From Amoebophrya sp. A120 (Eukaryota; Protista; Dinoflagellata), in NCBI GenBank assembly GCA_905178155.1, contig CAJINV010000001.1, positions 12,832,635-12,896,634 on the forward strand: 64,000 nt of DNA. The letters are read 5' to 3'. Positions 12,274-24,365 of the stretch are shown here, piece by piece (position 1 is the stretch's first letter; each line of letters opens with the position of its first letter). Made by a program: the position numbers and the translations under genes. The notes under the pieces were generated by a model. The model had not been told where the DNA came from. It was given only the letters and a program-made list of their open reading frames with translations, and did no database searches.

Positions 12274-13160
12274 CTAGTGCAGGGGAGTGTAGGCCCAGCC
12301 CTTTTCCTTTATTTTGCGCACCCCGTACCAAACGCCGTCCATCGACATCCACGCGGGGCCGCTTGGAATCTTGACCCCGCCCACCTCTTCCAGGTTGTCG
12401 TCTTCCCGGCGGGGCCACAGGAACAGGTAGGCAAAAATCGCAGTCCAGAAGGTGAGTTTTACCATACGTATCTCGGTCCCCAGCAGTCGCATGTACTCAT
12501 ACGACGCCCAATCACGAACTTCCCTGGAATTTTTATCCATACAGAACATGGGAACTGATCTTCTGAGTTTCCAGAAAGAGCTTCTAGACTTGATTGAGGC
12601 GATCTCGCTTGAAAAAAGAGAAACGCAACATCAATATCGGCATGGGGGGCAGCCATACTGTACTTGTATTCCTGCATTTCTTCAACGGTGAACTCCTCGC
12701 GCCGGAGAATTTTCGTCCGGAAGTAGAGCGTGTCGCGGTCTTCCTTCTCCATGACCTCGAGCGCTTCCTGCACACGGTTCCATCGCGTAGCCGCGAGAGT
12801 CATGCTTGGCGGCAGGGGCTCGACGTGTGCTGGGATGTCAGATGAGGACGAGGCGGAGGGAGCAGCTGGCGCAGCGGCTTTTATCTGTCCCGTCGGCAAC
12901 GTAGGCGACGGGACTGACGGATGACGAGGACCGTCGTGTGAACCAGAAGAACCTGGAGGTTGTTCCGACACCATCCCCGCGTCTGCAGCGAAGGATCTTC
13001 GGAAATGTGAGCTACCAGCGGGGCAGTCGCGCGAACTCCTCGTGTTGGCTGCTATTGAGCCGCCCATCGGTCGAGGTCGTCCCAAGCAGGGCGCCCACGA
13101 GCTGACGACTGCTCTCCTCGAAGGCTGGGATGGACTGCTCCTCACAATGGCCAAGAACAT
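12274..13160 (-). CDS. Hypothetical single-TM protein, possibly with a mitochondrial presequence
   Basis: GT-AG intron 12658-12555 joins the two ORFs (EYKY|IPMFCMD). Arg/Ser-rich N-terminus; hydrophobic LTFWTAIFAYLFLW. Confidence 0.6.
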
Positions 13161-13594
13161 CTTGCTTGGCTTTGATGTTCACTGCTTGCTCGACGTCGCA
13201 CAGAAAAAACGTCAACTACAACAACAGCGAGTTCATATTGTCGCTCATCTGAGTAGAATCATACTTTCCTTATCCTGACCGGCTTCTTGCATTTTCTTGT
13301 GCTCTCCGTGTCTACAACACCACTGAACACAAAACACGCAGCAAAAGGGTCCTTGAAACTGCAAGTTACAAGCAGCTAGCCCCTCAATGCGGATGTGCTG
13401 CAAGCTCCTCGTGCACGAAAGATTTGCCGCATTGAAGATTAAGGGATGGAATCTACTTTGGGAGAAAGGTAAACTTAAAAATGGCGCTGAATGAAGATTC
13501 GAATTTGGATCGTTACAGTGTAGCCACGATATAGAAGAAAGTGTTGCGACTCAATCTTTCTCGAGTCCTCGTTTGTGCAGTGCGGAAATTGCAA

Positions 13595-16500
13595 TCAGGG
13601 TAGTGCTGCAGGTAGCGTTCTTCCATCTTCATCTTCATTTTCCTCGAAGTCTGTTGCGACCTCTCTCTGGTGCTGGGTTTCCGCAGAGCTCGCTTCTTGT
13701 TGGATCGGTTCGGCTACTTCTGCTGCAAGCTTTGTCGCCGTCAAGGACCGTATTTCTGTTGCAAGGTCCGCGAACTCGTGCGCACGAGTGTACAGGGCGG
13801 TGACGATTCGCAGTTCGTCTCCGGGTACAAACAAATCTGGATCTTCCGTTGGGCTTTCTCCTATCAGACAGTCAAGGAGCTCGAGCGCGCAGCGGTGGCT
13901 GTGTACCTCGGCTCTGGTAAAAATTCCCAACGTCTTCGCGTCTAAATCGCACAACTGCGCAATTCTGGCCGCAGGAGCTCTTACGCCGTGTTCAGCTGTA
14001 GTTTCCTTTTCGCCAGGTCGTGCTGTCGTAAGAGTCCGAGTGCTTGCCTGCGAGAACAATTTAATCGGCCGCGTTCTTTCCAGCGCCCGGGCTCTGTTCT
14101 TACCGCAGGCCACCTCTGCGGACGGAGGTCGAGGATTATGGCTTTCAGTCTCAACAACCTCTATAAGTGGGCCATCACCAGGACTGATCCAACAGGATTC
14201 GCTGCTTTGAAGGAACTCTTCTGCCACCGAATTACACGCGATTGTTTCGAGGTCCTTCAAGGTTGTGTGCCTACTGCTGGAACAAGTTCTGCGGCCGTTC
14301 GAAAGGTTATTTCCGCTTTCCAGAGTCACCGTCTCTCGGTTGCAGAATTCAACGAATCTCGGAAACTTTAGGACGAACATCCAGCGAAACAGCTCCGGCC
14401 ACACTCTCTCCCGGACCCGGCGCGCCAGGAAGTCGCCACTTGCCCGGACCATAATGGCAACGAGTTCACAGGCTTTCGCAAACAACGCGCCCTTCTGGGC
14501 GAAGCAGTGCAAAACGCAGGGCCACAATTTGTGCAGCAGCGGCAGAAGAACTTTTGTGTTCGTCGAGAGGATCTCGACCGCCATACCGATACAGTCAAAC
14601 GCCAGAACCGCGAGCTCCGGGTGTTCCAGAAAATGGCGAAACAAAAGAAGCACCTGCGCTGCGGCCTCACGCTCGTAGCTGTAGGACACTGGTATTGAGC
14701 CGGCTGTTGCAGTCGGTGTAGTTAGCAACTCTCTTGAGAGATCAGGTCTTGCTTGTGTTTCGTCTTGCTTTCCTTTTGATTCGGCTGCGGTGCTCGTATG
14801 CTGTGTAGCTGCATGGCTAGTAGTGACGCCTTCTGCTTGCGGTTTCACGTTCACGTCCTTATTTGGGCTGGCTTTTTCTTCGCGCTGCAACACTGCACTG
14901 CACCAGTCGTCAAAGCCCTGCAGGGGGTCGAGCTCGTCGTCGTCCGGTGGGCCGTCTTCGTTTAGTTGCTTGGTCCATAAATCTGAGACCCAAAACCCTT
15001 GAAAATGCGTCGTGTCTCCCCCCGTCTCAATAATCCTGTGCAGCTTCTCACATTCCGCGCTGTTCTGGCGGAAAAATGACTCCGCCTGCTTCCTCTTGAG
15101 TCGGACCCCCATCGTGAGGACGGCCAGCGCATCTCGCACGAGAGCCACACACCAGGTCGGGTAATCCCCGTTGGCGTCGTGTATGCCAATGTCGTAGTCA
15201 AGCAACTGAACCACAACGCTCGTGATCACTCTTCGCGCTTCGGAGGGAAGAAGAAGCGCACCTGCGTTCCTTCTGTCCACTTTTAGTAGAGTGGTCCACG
15301 AAAAATCGATGTTCATCTGTGCTGAGGAGGACAACGAGCAGAGACCTGTTTCGAGTTGTCTGGCTGGACCACAACGGGTGCGAGGAAGCGGTGCACTTGC
15401 AGCACCAGAACTACAGCCTGCGGATGTTGGCTGCAATCCATGATCAGCGACATTATTAGATATCTCACTGCACAGATATTGCTGCACCGCCGCGTTGAGC
15501 ATGGCGCGGCACAAAGGTTCTGTGAACCTTCGCGCACGAGTCCAGCATGATTGGCGAAATTTTCTCCCGCCCGACGTCAAATAGACGGGGCATGATGCAG
15601 GCGCCCGGGCACTATCGGAATTCTTGTCTCTCGGCCTTTGCAACAAGGCACTCCTCGTGCTGTTTCTTGTTGTCGAGGTGTCTGTTTGGTCCTGGAGTAT
15701 TGGTTCTGAGCCTTTCTTTTCGGATGCTGGCACTGGACACTCATTCAGATCTTTTTGGCGACGCAGCTGGATTTGCAAAAAGTTGATTAGAAAATCCGCG
15801 TTGTCTCGCAGTAGGTTTGCAGGTGCCCATGCTCGTCCCGGTGCAACCAGAGAGCAGCCACTAGAGTAGCTTGCAGTAGCAGCTTGACCTTCTTTCTGGA
15901 TGCTTCCATCATCTCCTGCGACCGATTTTTCCGGAGCGCCTTTCTGCAGTTTTTGAAGGTACTGGTGCGTTTGGTGCTGGGCCTCGAAAAACGCGCACGC
16001 TGCAAGGCGTTCCACGTTGCAGTGACCCTCTCTCGACGTTGCGGTTCCCCGTCGTTCATCATCTTGCGTGTTGTACGCAGCCAACAACGACGGAAGGACG
16101 TAAGGCAACATCTTCTGTAGCTGTGAGTGCAAAGTGTGGACGCGGTAGTCCCGGGAGTTTCGTTGGAGCTCGCCGTCTGTATTCGACGCCTGCGGTCTTG
16201 CCATTGCCGGTAGGTGTAACCTTGCCTGCTGCCTCTTCGTTTCTCCGCTACACTGCAATTCGTGCCTCGGGACAACCGCGTGAAGCAGATGCGCAAGCAC
16301 GGCGTGCGCAAACGAGACAGCATTTCGAGCAACATCCAACCTACCCCATTTCCGGTTTCGACGTTGACGCTCGCGTGATAGAGACCCGTCAAGATCTTCT
16401 GGATTTCTCGCATGTACGTTATGTGCTTGCTGCAGCTCAGCGGAGCACAGGGGGTTGCCTTCATACCCGAACCAATCGCACAAGAGCTTCGACATTTTTT

Positions 16501-19500
16501 CGAATGTGTCTGGAGCTGGACCCCCACGCAGCGCTTGTCTTTCCACGACAGTGGACGATAAGTCCGCAATGTTCACCACCTCGAGGACCCAACAGAGACA
16601 AACGCACAAAGAGAGATGGTGCACAGCTACAAATGTCTGCTTGTTCCGCGAACCAGCTCCGGAGCACGGCTCATCACGATTCTCGAAATCACGTCGTCCG
16701 CCCGGTGGACCAGTTGTGGCTTCATCTTCACGGTCGTAGGAACTCAAACGCCCCACAACCCAGTCGAGAAAACCGGGGTCGTAGCGTGCCAGGTCTTGAA
16801 TGATCTGCTTCTGAACAGTGACCAGCTCACGATACGTCCTACTGTGCGACAGGAAGTGGTGGCCGTGCGCTTCATAGCGCATTCTGGGCAGGTGGGGTAG
16901 TGTGGCGTGGCCCAAAGCTTCACTCAGCAGGGATGCATTCGATGTCATCTGATGTGATGAATTGCTCGAACTTCGTACTTCTACTTCACCATCGGGTTTG
17001 TTGGCTTCAACGTTCGTCGACAGATAAACATCCTTTACAGACGCCACACTCAATGAGGCGGGCAGAGGTCGGTCTTGTCGTTCCTGAAGAGTACTAGAGT
17101 GGTCTTGGTGTCGTTTCATCACCCCTTCGGCTCCCTCCTCCACTCCCGCGGCAGTCTGATCTACGGGAACGACTTGATTGACCAAACGCGCGTAAAAGTT
17201 ATCCACGATGACATTTCGCTCCACTTCGGACTCCGTTTCTTGTAACACGTCGTGCCAAGATCGGTAACAAAACGACCGCCAGTTAGGGTAAACTTGGGCA
17301 GGACTAGTACAGGTGCGTTGACCGCCATTTGCTGCCGTTGAGTGTTGGAACTCAGTGCCGCCTCCTGGTTCAGCGACTTGGAGTTCGCCAAAGGTGGACG
17401 CTGTCTTGCTTTTTGTTTCGCGTTCGCACTTCCCTAGAAGCAAAATGGCACCGCGGAGGCTGGTGTAGCTTTTGAGCAGGCACTGCAGCCGCACGTCGTG
17501 CTGTTCACTAGACGATGTTGGCTCGTCCTCCGATAGAAAACCACTTGTAAGTAGCTCCTTATCTGGTGAAGCAATGTCGGCTCCTTTCCCGGTAGAAGTA
17601 AAAGGCGTCGATGTGCTGGACGTGTAATTTTCCAGGTCTATCAAGCAGTGCTGCAGGAAAGAGTCGTCCATTTCCGGAAGGGCGGATTGACACAGAATAT
17701 GCCCTTGAAGATGGTCCCCACCGACACCGCATTGTGGTGGCGCGTGCAGGGATGAAAGTGCTGGCTTGAAGAAGTACGCGTTACCGCATTCGCGCTCTGA
17801 GTGCACAAAATGCAGCAAGCACGCACTGCACACAGCGTTGGCAACGGTGGGGTCCGGATCCGCCTGCGCGCGCACTAAGGCGAGTAGGCAGAAATTGCGG
17901 AGAATTTGCGGCGTGTACGTAAGCCCACTCCACAAGTCTTCCGCGCATCGCGGCTGCAGCCGCCAATCCACCCACATGCACCGCTCGGCAGAGCGCGAGG
18001 CAGGACTTAGCAACTGCTTGTCTTCTAGCTTTTGCTCCTGGAGCCCGGTGCGGGCGTCTTGCTTATCTGTCAAGTGTGAACGGAAAAACTCATTCTGACA
18101 AGCGAAACCGCCGCACGCACAGTTGCAGCTCACAGCGCGATGACATTGCTGGCGTCTGCCGCTCAAAGTAGATCTCTCTACTTCCAGCGGGTCACTCTGG
18201 AGTTCGCGATCCATCTCTAGTTGTACTGCGCGCGGCCGGACGGACAACAAAAATCCACAGAAGCGTGCAAACGCACGCCGCACAAATGGTGAATTCGATG
18301 TCAGCGGATTGCGGTCTGCCGGACAGAAAAATGCAGGCTTCACCAGGGCGTGTGTGATCAAGCGCAGCAGTTGCTGGTTGGGCTCCGACACGACGTCGCA
18401 ATCGTGGAAGTATTGGATTTCGTGGTTCTTTTTCGCGTGCCTCACATCGAACAAGTAGCTGCAAGACGGACGCCTGCTGCCGCTCTTTTCAGTCGGTTGG
18501 TCTTCAGCTCCACAAAAGCCGTCAGCTTCGGCTCGTTTGTCGTCCTCCTGCTTACTTTCAATTTTTGCCGCCGCGGTGTGAGTTTCTGCTTGTAGTCGTA
18601 CAGGAGCTGCAGTTGTCGTGAGTTGTTTTTGCTGCCCCGACGTAAGGTCCTCCTGATTCTCTAGGTGCGCTCCTTCACCTTCTGCTTTGTCCTGCGAAGC
18701 AGGAGCGGTGTCGTTGCATTTGACGGGCGTCGAATACTGCTCGCTTTTTCCAACTTTTGTCAGTTCTGAAAGCAGTTCCTGATCCGTCTGCAGCACGCGA
18801 TCCGAATTTTTTGACATCCACGTGATCAGACAGTCCAGCGCCAGGACGTAGCCTCGTTGCCCCCCGCTGCGCTGCACATCTGGGTAGGCCTGCACCACCC
18901 GCAGGCAGTGCGTGACAACTGCCGGGGCGCAGTGGCGGAATAGGAGGTCTTGCTGAGAAGTGTTCATCGTCTCGGTCCGTGATGAAGCAGCGGCAGATGA
19001 GTCGTCATGAGACTGCACTGCAGCCGATGCAGCTGCCGGTTCATCACGTTCACGTATCCTATGACAGCGGCCAAGAACCAGAAGCAGCAGCCAGAGGCCA
19101 AGCTTGTGCAGTTCCGCACAGTGTCGGTGGTGCTGCTGATAGGCCTGCAGCACCATGGTCACGATGGACTGTGCATAGTCTAGTCCGTGCGAGTGCAGCA
19201 GCAGCAGGGGGCCGGCGTGCTCCAGAAGGGTTTTCACTTGCGCGAAGATCTCCAAGGCGGCCGTCTCGGAGCTACGACCTTCGCGGTCAAACCGAAATAC
19301 CAAAAAAGCCAGCGCTTGCAACCCACACTCGATGTTTTTCTGCAACGCGAGGTCATCCTCATCTTCCGTGCGCGCGGGCCGCAATGCTGACGGATGCGGG
19401 TCTTGACGTGCGAACAAACTGTGATTTGCTGCGGGCTGCGTTTCTACTTTCGCAGGGGCTTGTGCTGAGCTATTTTCGACCACATTGCGGGTCGTTGTGG

Positions 19501-19762
19501 TCGCGTGCGGCGGCATAATCTTAGGCGAAGAAACCTGTTCCCCAACAAGGCTCCTTTCTGCGACGGCTTCTGTTGATCCGTTCTCGATAGATCCAAAACC
19601 GCAAACTCCAGAAACAGACACTGATGTTGAGGGGGTCGATCTGCATGCTGGGGAGGTCGTCCGCGGAGTGGACGATCCTGCGGACGATCTCGATCCGGCT
19701 CGCACCATGGGAGAACACGTTGATGACATAGATCCACCTCCACCGGACATCCTGTTCATCAT
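13595..19762 (-). CDS. TTI1: TELO2-interacting protein 1-like (TTT complex), intronless, 2055 aa
   Basis: LLRDNADFLINFLQIQLRR and LLPLLHKLWPCVLHCF..ACELVAIMVRASGDFLARRVRERVWP resemble conserved TTI1 C-terminal blocks. Confidence 0.7.
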   Translation of the reverse strand: MMNRMSGGGGSMSSTCSPMVRAGSRSSAGSSTPRTTSPACRSTPSTSVSVSGVCGFGSIENGSTEAVAERSLVGEQVSSPKIMPPHATTTTRNVVENSSAQAPAKVETQPAANHSLFARQDPHPSALRPARTEDEDDLALQKNIECGLQALAFLVFRFDREGRSSETAALEIFAQVKTLLEHAGPLLLLHSHGLDYAQSIVTMVLQAYQQHHRHCAELHKLGLWLLLLVLGRCHRIRERDEPAAASAAVQSHDDSSAAASSRTETMNTSQQDLLFRHCAPAVVTHCLRVVQAYPDVQRSGGQRGYVLALDCLITWMSKNSDRVLQTDQELLSELTKVGKSEQYSTPVKCNDTAPASQDKAEGEGAHLENQEDLTSGQQKQLTTTAAPVRLQAETHTAAAKIESKQEDDKRAEADGFCGAEDQPTEKSGSRRPSCSYLFDVRHAKKNHEIQYFHDCDVVSEPNQQLLRLITHALVKPAFFCPADRNPLTSNSPFVRRAFARFCGFLLSVRPRAVQLEMDRELQSDPLEVERSTLSGRRQQCHRAVSCNCACGGFACQNEFFRSHLTDKQDARTGLQEQKLEDKQLLSPASRSAERCMWVDWRLQPRCAEDLWSGLTYTPQILRNFCLLALVRAQADPDPTVANAVCSACLLHFVHSERECGNAYFFKPALSSLHAPPQCGVGGDHLQGHILCQSALPEMDDSFLQHCLIDLENYTSSTSTPFTSTGKGADIASPDKELLTSGFLSEDEPTSSSEQHDVRLQCLLKSYTSLRGAILLLGKCERETKSKTASTFGELQVAEPGGGTEFQHSTAANGGQRTCTSPAQVYPNWRSFCYRSWHDVLQETESEVERNVIVDNFYARLVNQVVPVDQTAAGVEEGAEGVMKRHQDHSSTLQERQDRPLPASLSVASVKDVYLSTNVEANKPDGEVEVRSSSNSSHQMTSNASLLSEALGHATLPHLPRMRYEAHGHHFLSHSRTYRELVTVQKQIIQDLARYDPGFLDWVVGRLSSYDREDEATTGPPGGRRDFENRDEPCSGAGSRNKQTFVAVHHLSLCVCLCWVLEVVNIADLSSTVVERQALRGGPAPDTFEKMSKLLCDWFGYEGNPLCSAELQQAHNVHARNPEDLDGSLSRERQRRNRKWGRLDVARNAVSFAHAVLAHLLHAVVPRHELQCSGETKRQQARLHLPAMARPQASNTDGELQRNSRDYRVHTLHSQLQKMLPYVLPSLLAAYNTQDDERRGTATSREGHCNVERLAACAFFEAQHQTHQYLQKLQKGAPEKSVAGDDGSIQKEGQAATASYSSGCSLVAPGRAWAPANLLRDNADFLINFLQIQLRRQKDLNECPVPASEKKGSEPILQDQTDTSTTRNSTRSALLQRPRDKNSDSARAPASCPVYLTSGGRKFRQSCWTRARRFTEPLCRAMLNAAVQQYLCSEISNNVADHGLQPTSAGCSSGAASAPLPRTRCGPARQLETGLCSLSSSAQMNIDFSWTTLLKVDRRNAGALLLPSEARRVITSVVVQLLDYDIGIHDANGDYPTWCVALVRDALAVLTMGVRLKRKQAESFFRQNSAECEKLHRIIETGGDTTHFQGFWVSDLWTKQLNEDGPPDDDELDPLQGFDDWCSAVLQREEKASPNKDVNVKPQAEGVTTSHAATQHTSTAAESKGKQDETQARPDLSRELLTTPTATAGSIPVSYSYEREAAAQVLLLFRHFLEHPELAVLAFDCIGMAVEILSTNTKVLLPLLHKLWPCVLHCFAQKGALFAKACELVAIMVRASGDFLARRVRERVWPELFRWMFVLKFPRFVEFCNRETVTLESGNNLSNGRRTCSSSRHTTLKDLETIACNSVAEEFLQSSESCWISPGDGPLIEVVETESHNPRPPSAEVACGKNRARALERTRPIKLFSQASTRTLTTARPGEKETTAEHGVRAPAARIAQLCDLDAKTLGIFTRAEVHSHRCALELLDCLIGESPTEDPDLFVPGDELRIVTALYTRAHEFADLATEIRSLTATKLAAEVAEPIQQEASSAETQHQREVATDFEENEDEDGRTLPAALP

Positions 19763-20639
19763 GGAAGTATCTTCTATCGAATAGGATGAGACTAGAAAAT
19801 CAGAGGAAAAATTTTGCTTTTGTTGGGAACGTGAGGTGAACGAGTTGTGATTCGCATCACGTCACTCAGGGTCAGTCACATGTTTTTAGTCACATTTTCA
19901 CAATTTGAATGTCTAAAGATGTAAGAAAGATGCCGGAGTGGTTGTAGAAGATACAAGACCGTTGCTGAAAAAACGTGGTGGAAACAACAAAGTACGAGCG
20001 GCGCTATGGGATCTTGATCTACGGCATTCGATCGTGATGTCGTGCGCACTTACTTCTTAATCTACAAGCTACGACTGGAAAAAGATATACGAAATGGCTA
20101 CTTATGCGCGGATGAAGATGATCGGGTTCGAGCTCGAGGCACAGTCCGGAGCAACGAGGATCCAGTTTCGTGGTTCTAACTATGTTCGAGAACGTCAAAG
20201 TCCATGTGAAACAAGTTGTCTCTTTCGCCTAACTTCAGGTTTCCCTAGCCTCTTTTGCCAGCAACAAAAAGAAACGAGCAACAGTGGGATCAATTTTTTT
20301 AGACTGACACGCTCTCTGGTGAAAAGGCAGAAGCAGAACATTGGTCGGCATCGGCGTGCTGATCGGAAAAAAATAAATAACGACAGAGCGAGTCATCTGT
20401 GGTGGAGCGAAATCGTCCCGGAGGAAGTAGCTGCCAGACCCGCACTTCCGCACCGGCACAGGCTTTAGTGTTGCTGCCCTGCTATCGCTAGTATGTCAAC
20501 GCGAATATCATGTAGTTGACTCCGTTTAGTACGTCAGCGATTCACAGATGAAGATGGAGACTGAGGGGTTTTCTTTGATGCCGCACAAAAGATCTACTTC
20601 GGCGCAGCAAGCGCGAAACGGATAAAAGACCACTCTTTC

Positions 20640-23600
20640 TTATTTCTTCTTCCCCGGAGTGGGCTTTGTCTGCGGGCTGTTGTTGGGCGAGGCTCCAAGC
20701 AGGAACCACTCCTTGTGCTGCATGAGAAACTGGAACACCTGCGTGCACTTGTCCATTTTTTCCGGGTTTTTATCCGGGTGATACTGGAGCTGCCACTTCT
20801 TAATTTTCGCCTTGCGTTCGGCCAGGGGTTCGTTCAGCGCCCGTTCCATCTGTTGGTGCAGCTCCCGCGTCGCCACGTTCACCGAGGCGTCCAGCTTGGG
20901 TCCCGTCGGCAGCGGCGTGGGCTTCTTCGGTCGCGCGTCGTTGCGGTTATTGCGCCCGGTGTCGGAGCCGCTGTCCGAACCTGGGTCCGGTGTGGTGCCA
21001 AAGTTCGCCCGGAAGAACGGGTCGTTGCCGTGCGGACCCGGCTGCCCGGAAGCCTTTCTCTTCTTATTTTCCTGGTTCTCCTGTTTGCCGCCAGCCCCGG
21101 CTCCGCCCGCGGTCGCGTTGTTGCCGTCTGGTGGGTCCACACCGGCCTTCCGCGCGCCGCCCCCGGCGCCGAAAAAAGCGTTTTTCCATTGCTGCTTCGT
21201 GTTCTTGTCGTTATTCCCTGCTCCGCCTGTCGTGAACCGTCGCCCCCAAATGCCGTCCCACTCCTTCGGTGTCTTGCGGAACTGCGCGTCCCGTTCCTTC
21301 TGCTGCTCCTCCGCCCGCTATGACAGTGCACAACTCCCCCTCCCCCTCATTTGTGTTGCATGAACAGCAACACAAGCGCTGGCAAAGATGCAGCTTTTGC
21401 ATAACAAACTGCGAGAGGATCGTAGTGCTGTTTTGGCTTTCGGAATCTGCCATGCAAAGAGTGCTAACAGGCAAAAGGTAGATTTGGGATTTTGCATGAC
21501 AAGTGAGGGGGAGGGGGAGTTGAAGTTGTGCTCTGTCATACCCGCTCGCGGTGCAGGTCCTCAAAAAAGTCCGCGTTGTCGTAGCCCTGCGTCTTGCTGC
21601 GGCGCCGGAACGCGCCAAACTTGATCGGGTTGCGGATGCTCCGAACCTCGCTGGTTTGCAGGTTTTTCTGCTTCAGCATCTCGAAATTCACCTCGTAGGG
21701 CTCGAAATTCATCTCGAACCGGACCGTCGGCTGCTTGTTCAGCCACGCGTACTTCAATTTCTTATCCTCTTGGGCGGCGTACACGTGCCACTGGTCGGTC
21801 TCGGGATCGTACCATTCGAAGCACTGCATAGAAAGATACATACCAAAGGTGCTTACAGGAGCTCCTAAACAACCTTTTCCTGCAGTAACGCCAAGAAGCT
21901 CTACTTATGGCAGCAAAGGATCATGATGAGAGTACTGACCCTGTTTCGGGCTTTGGCATCCATGGAGAAAGGGCGAGTTCATCAAAGCTTGAAAAATAGC
22001 TATTCGATGAAAAATTATGGTGTAGTAAAGTACGTCCCTCTTGTTGTTCGGGTTGTCCTCGGGAACTCGGTTGCCCTGCCCGCGGTAGGGGTAGTGGGTT
22101 TTCGTCTTCATGAGGTTCACGCGGCGGACGGGAATGCGGCCGTTTTCCTTCATCTCCTTGAAGTCGATCTTCATCTCCGGGCCGAGTTCCACCACGTCCT
22201 TCTTGCTGGCCCACGCTTCCGCGAGCTGCTTCTGCTCGGACTTGGGGTAGTTCAGCCACTTGCCGTTGCTATCCTCGTAGAACTGAAACAGAAATTGCGC
22301 ATAGTCCTCCTGCTGTTCAGTCGGCTGTGGCTCCTGGGAAGGTTTTATTTGCACCGCGATGGTAGGATAACACAAGGACGAGGATTGTAGTCGTGTGAGA
22401 TGACACTGACACATGAAGGCCAATGTACACGGTCCTTACTCCAGATGGCATGACTTCATCAGAGCAATGGCAATAAAAGGCAAAACTCTAAGTGTAGCAA
22501 ATCAAGATCGACAAATTTCAATTTTTACTTTTTCCTCTGCTGTTCCTGCAGCGGTGAAGTTGCGCTTCTGCTCTCCGGCCGCGAAGTTGGCGTCGGGTGT
22601 CATGCCTTGGTCGACGATGTTCTTCAGTCGAATCTTCCGCACCTTCTTCGTCCGAATGTTCGTTTGCGTCCACTCCAGGTAGTCGATGTCGTAGTTGTGA
22701 CCCATGATGGTAAGCCGTGTCGTCGCCATACCCCGCTTGTAGTCCTGCCAAAGCAGCTTGTCTGCGGCCCAACTATTAGTAGTGAATTGCTTTATAGACA
22801 TCTAAAGGTGCTTGCAATAGATACTGAAGCGGTCAAGCAGGTTTGGCAGTTATTTCATCTTGCTTCAAGGTTGGTGATTCTTTCCATCTTCAGCGTTAGT
22901 ATCTGGGCGTATCCATCGCATGCAGATGCACCAGACAAAAGATGAAACAGGGAAAAAGTTTGTAATCCTGGGCACAAATTTTACTGATTTTAGAAGGTAC
23001 TCAAAACTTCAACTCTTGTACTCAAAGTCCTTCCATTTGTCTCCTCCTTCCAACCACTGAAACTTGGACTCCGGCATGCGGCCTTGGAGATGCGCTGCCC
23101 CTGCCGCGGCCGTGTCGTCGTCAAGACCGGCAGACAACATGCGAATCTTTTTCACGTTGCCCGTCTTGAGATTCTTCTGCGTCATTTGCCGGAAGTTCAC
23201 CTCGTAGTCGTTTTTGCCAATGTAGAACTTGATGGTCGGGTAGTGTTTCACAAACGCGTGCTTCAGAATCTCCTGGTATTTGCCCTCGTACTGCTTCCAG
23301 TCGTGCCCGTGTTGCCACTCGAAGAACAACCGGGCCACCATGTCTTCATCCACAGGCTTGCCGCGGAACGTGTTCAGGTGCCCGCCCTGGGTCGTGGTCC
23401 CTTCGCCCGCCTGCTCCTCGCGGTCGCGCTTATTTTTCGCTCGGTAGTGTTTTTCCCCGTCGCTTCCCACCAGGGGGGCGCCGCGCTCCTTGCTGCGGTG
23501 CTTCTTTTCGTGCCACCCTTCCTGCGAGGGCATGGCCGCCATCTGGTATTTCCGCTTGTAATTTTCCTGTCGCGTTTCGCTGCTCGAGGACATCGGCTCC

Positions 23601-23839
23601 TCTTCCGAGCTCGAGGCATGTGGTCTGCTGCCTCGGGCATGATTCCCAGCAGTGCCCGCTGCGGTTGTATTGGATTTGGAGCCCGAACCGGTGCTGGCTC
23701 CGCTGTGCCGCTTCTTGTCTTTCTCATTGGAAACCGCATCAGCGACCGTGTCGCGATTGCGCAGGTAGTCGTTGAAATTGTCATACTGCGTCACCACTCC
23801 CGTTTGGCCCTTCTTTGTCTTGCCCACGCCCGCGCCCAT
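20640..23839 (-). CDS. Protein with about four WWE domains and a C-terminal J-domain-like HPD motif
   Basis: Repeated F-E/Q-W..W..Y and YEVNF..M.QKNL.T..V..IR motifs; KWQLQYHPDKN. Starts MGAGVGK. Three GT-AG introns plus one introner. Confidence 0.8.
21319..21540. mobile_element. Introner element, family C (222 bp)
   Basis: TIR TATGACAG.GCACAACT..CCCCCTCCCCCTCA. DR CCCGC at 21314-21318 and 21541-21545. Removal joins LHRER|AEEQQ in frame. Confidence 0.92.
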
Positions 23840-24365
23840 CGCATTGCATCTTCTGTTTGCTCCTGCGCTTGTAGTATCCTTCAAAAAGCAAAAGCTGCAG
23901 GAAATTCGAACACAACATACTTGTTTCTGCCTTCTTGTTAAACATCAGGATCTTCCGAGTCGGCAGCTGGCAATCTGCAGGTCGTGATCGATGATGAAAA
24001 GAGCTGACGTCTCTATGTTATTTCAACAAGCGATACTAGCTCACTAGAAATCGCAGAGTGCTGTCGTGGCGGTGCAGCGGCGCGCGAAAAAAATTCAACG
24101 TGACCACGATGCTGGCACTGAAGATGCAGCGAAGACAACGGGCGACGCGCACACAGATCGATCTGTGCATGACGCGGAGAGAAATTCTCTCCAGCTGCAG
24201 ACGCGGTCGCGCTCCAAGAAGATCAGGATCAGCTGTAATGAATTAATCCCTTTTGCTTACGCTCCGTCGAGGAAAAAAATGCTGACACACAGGACAGCAA
24301 GAACCTAGTTAAGTAGGTCAGTATGACCAGCAGAGCACGGGGCGTCGCCCATAGCTGCAGCAACT

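Noticed and set aside
20093-20102. Partial match to the dinoflagellate spliced leader (GTAGCCATTT on the minus strand) upstream of TTI1
   Set aside because: Only ~10 nt match and the TGGCTCAAG part is absent; compatible with chance.
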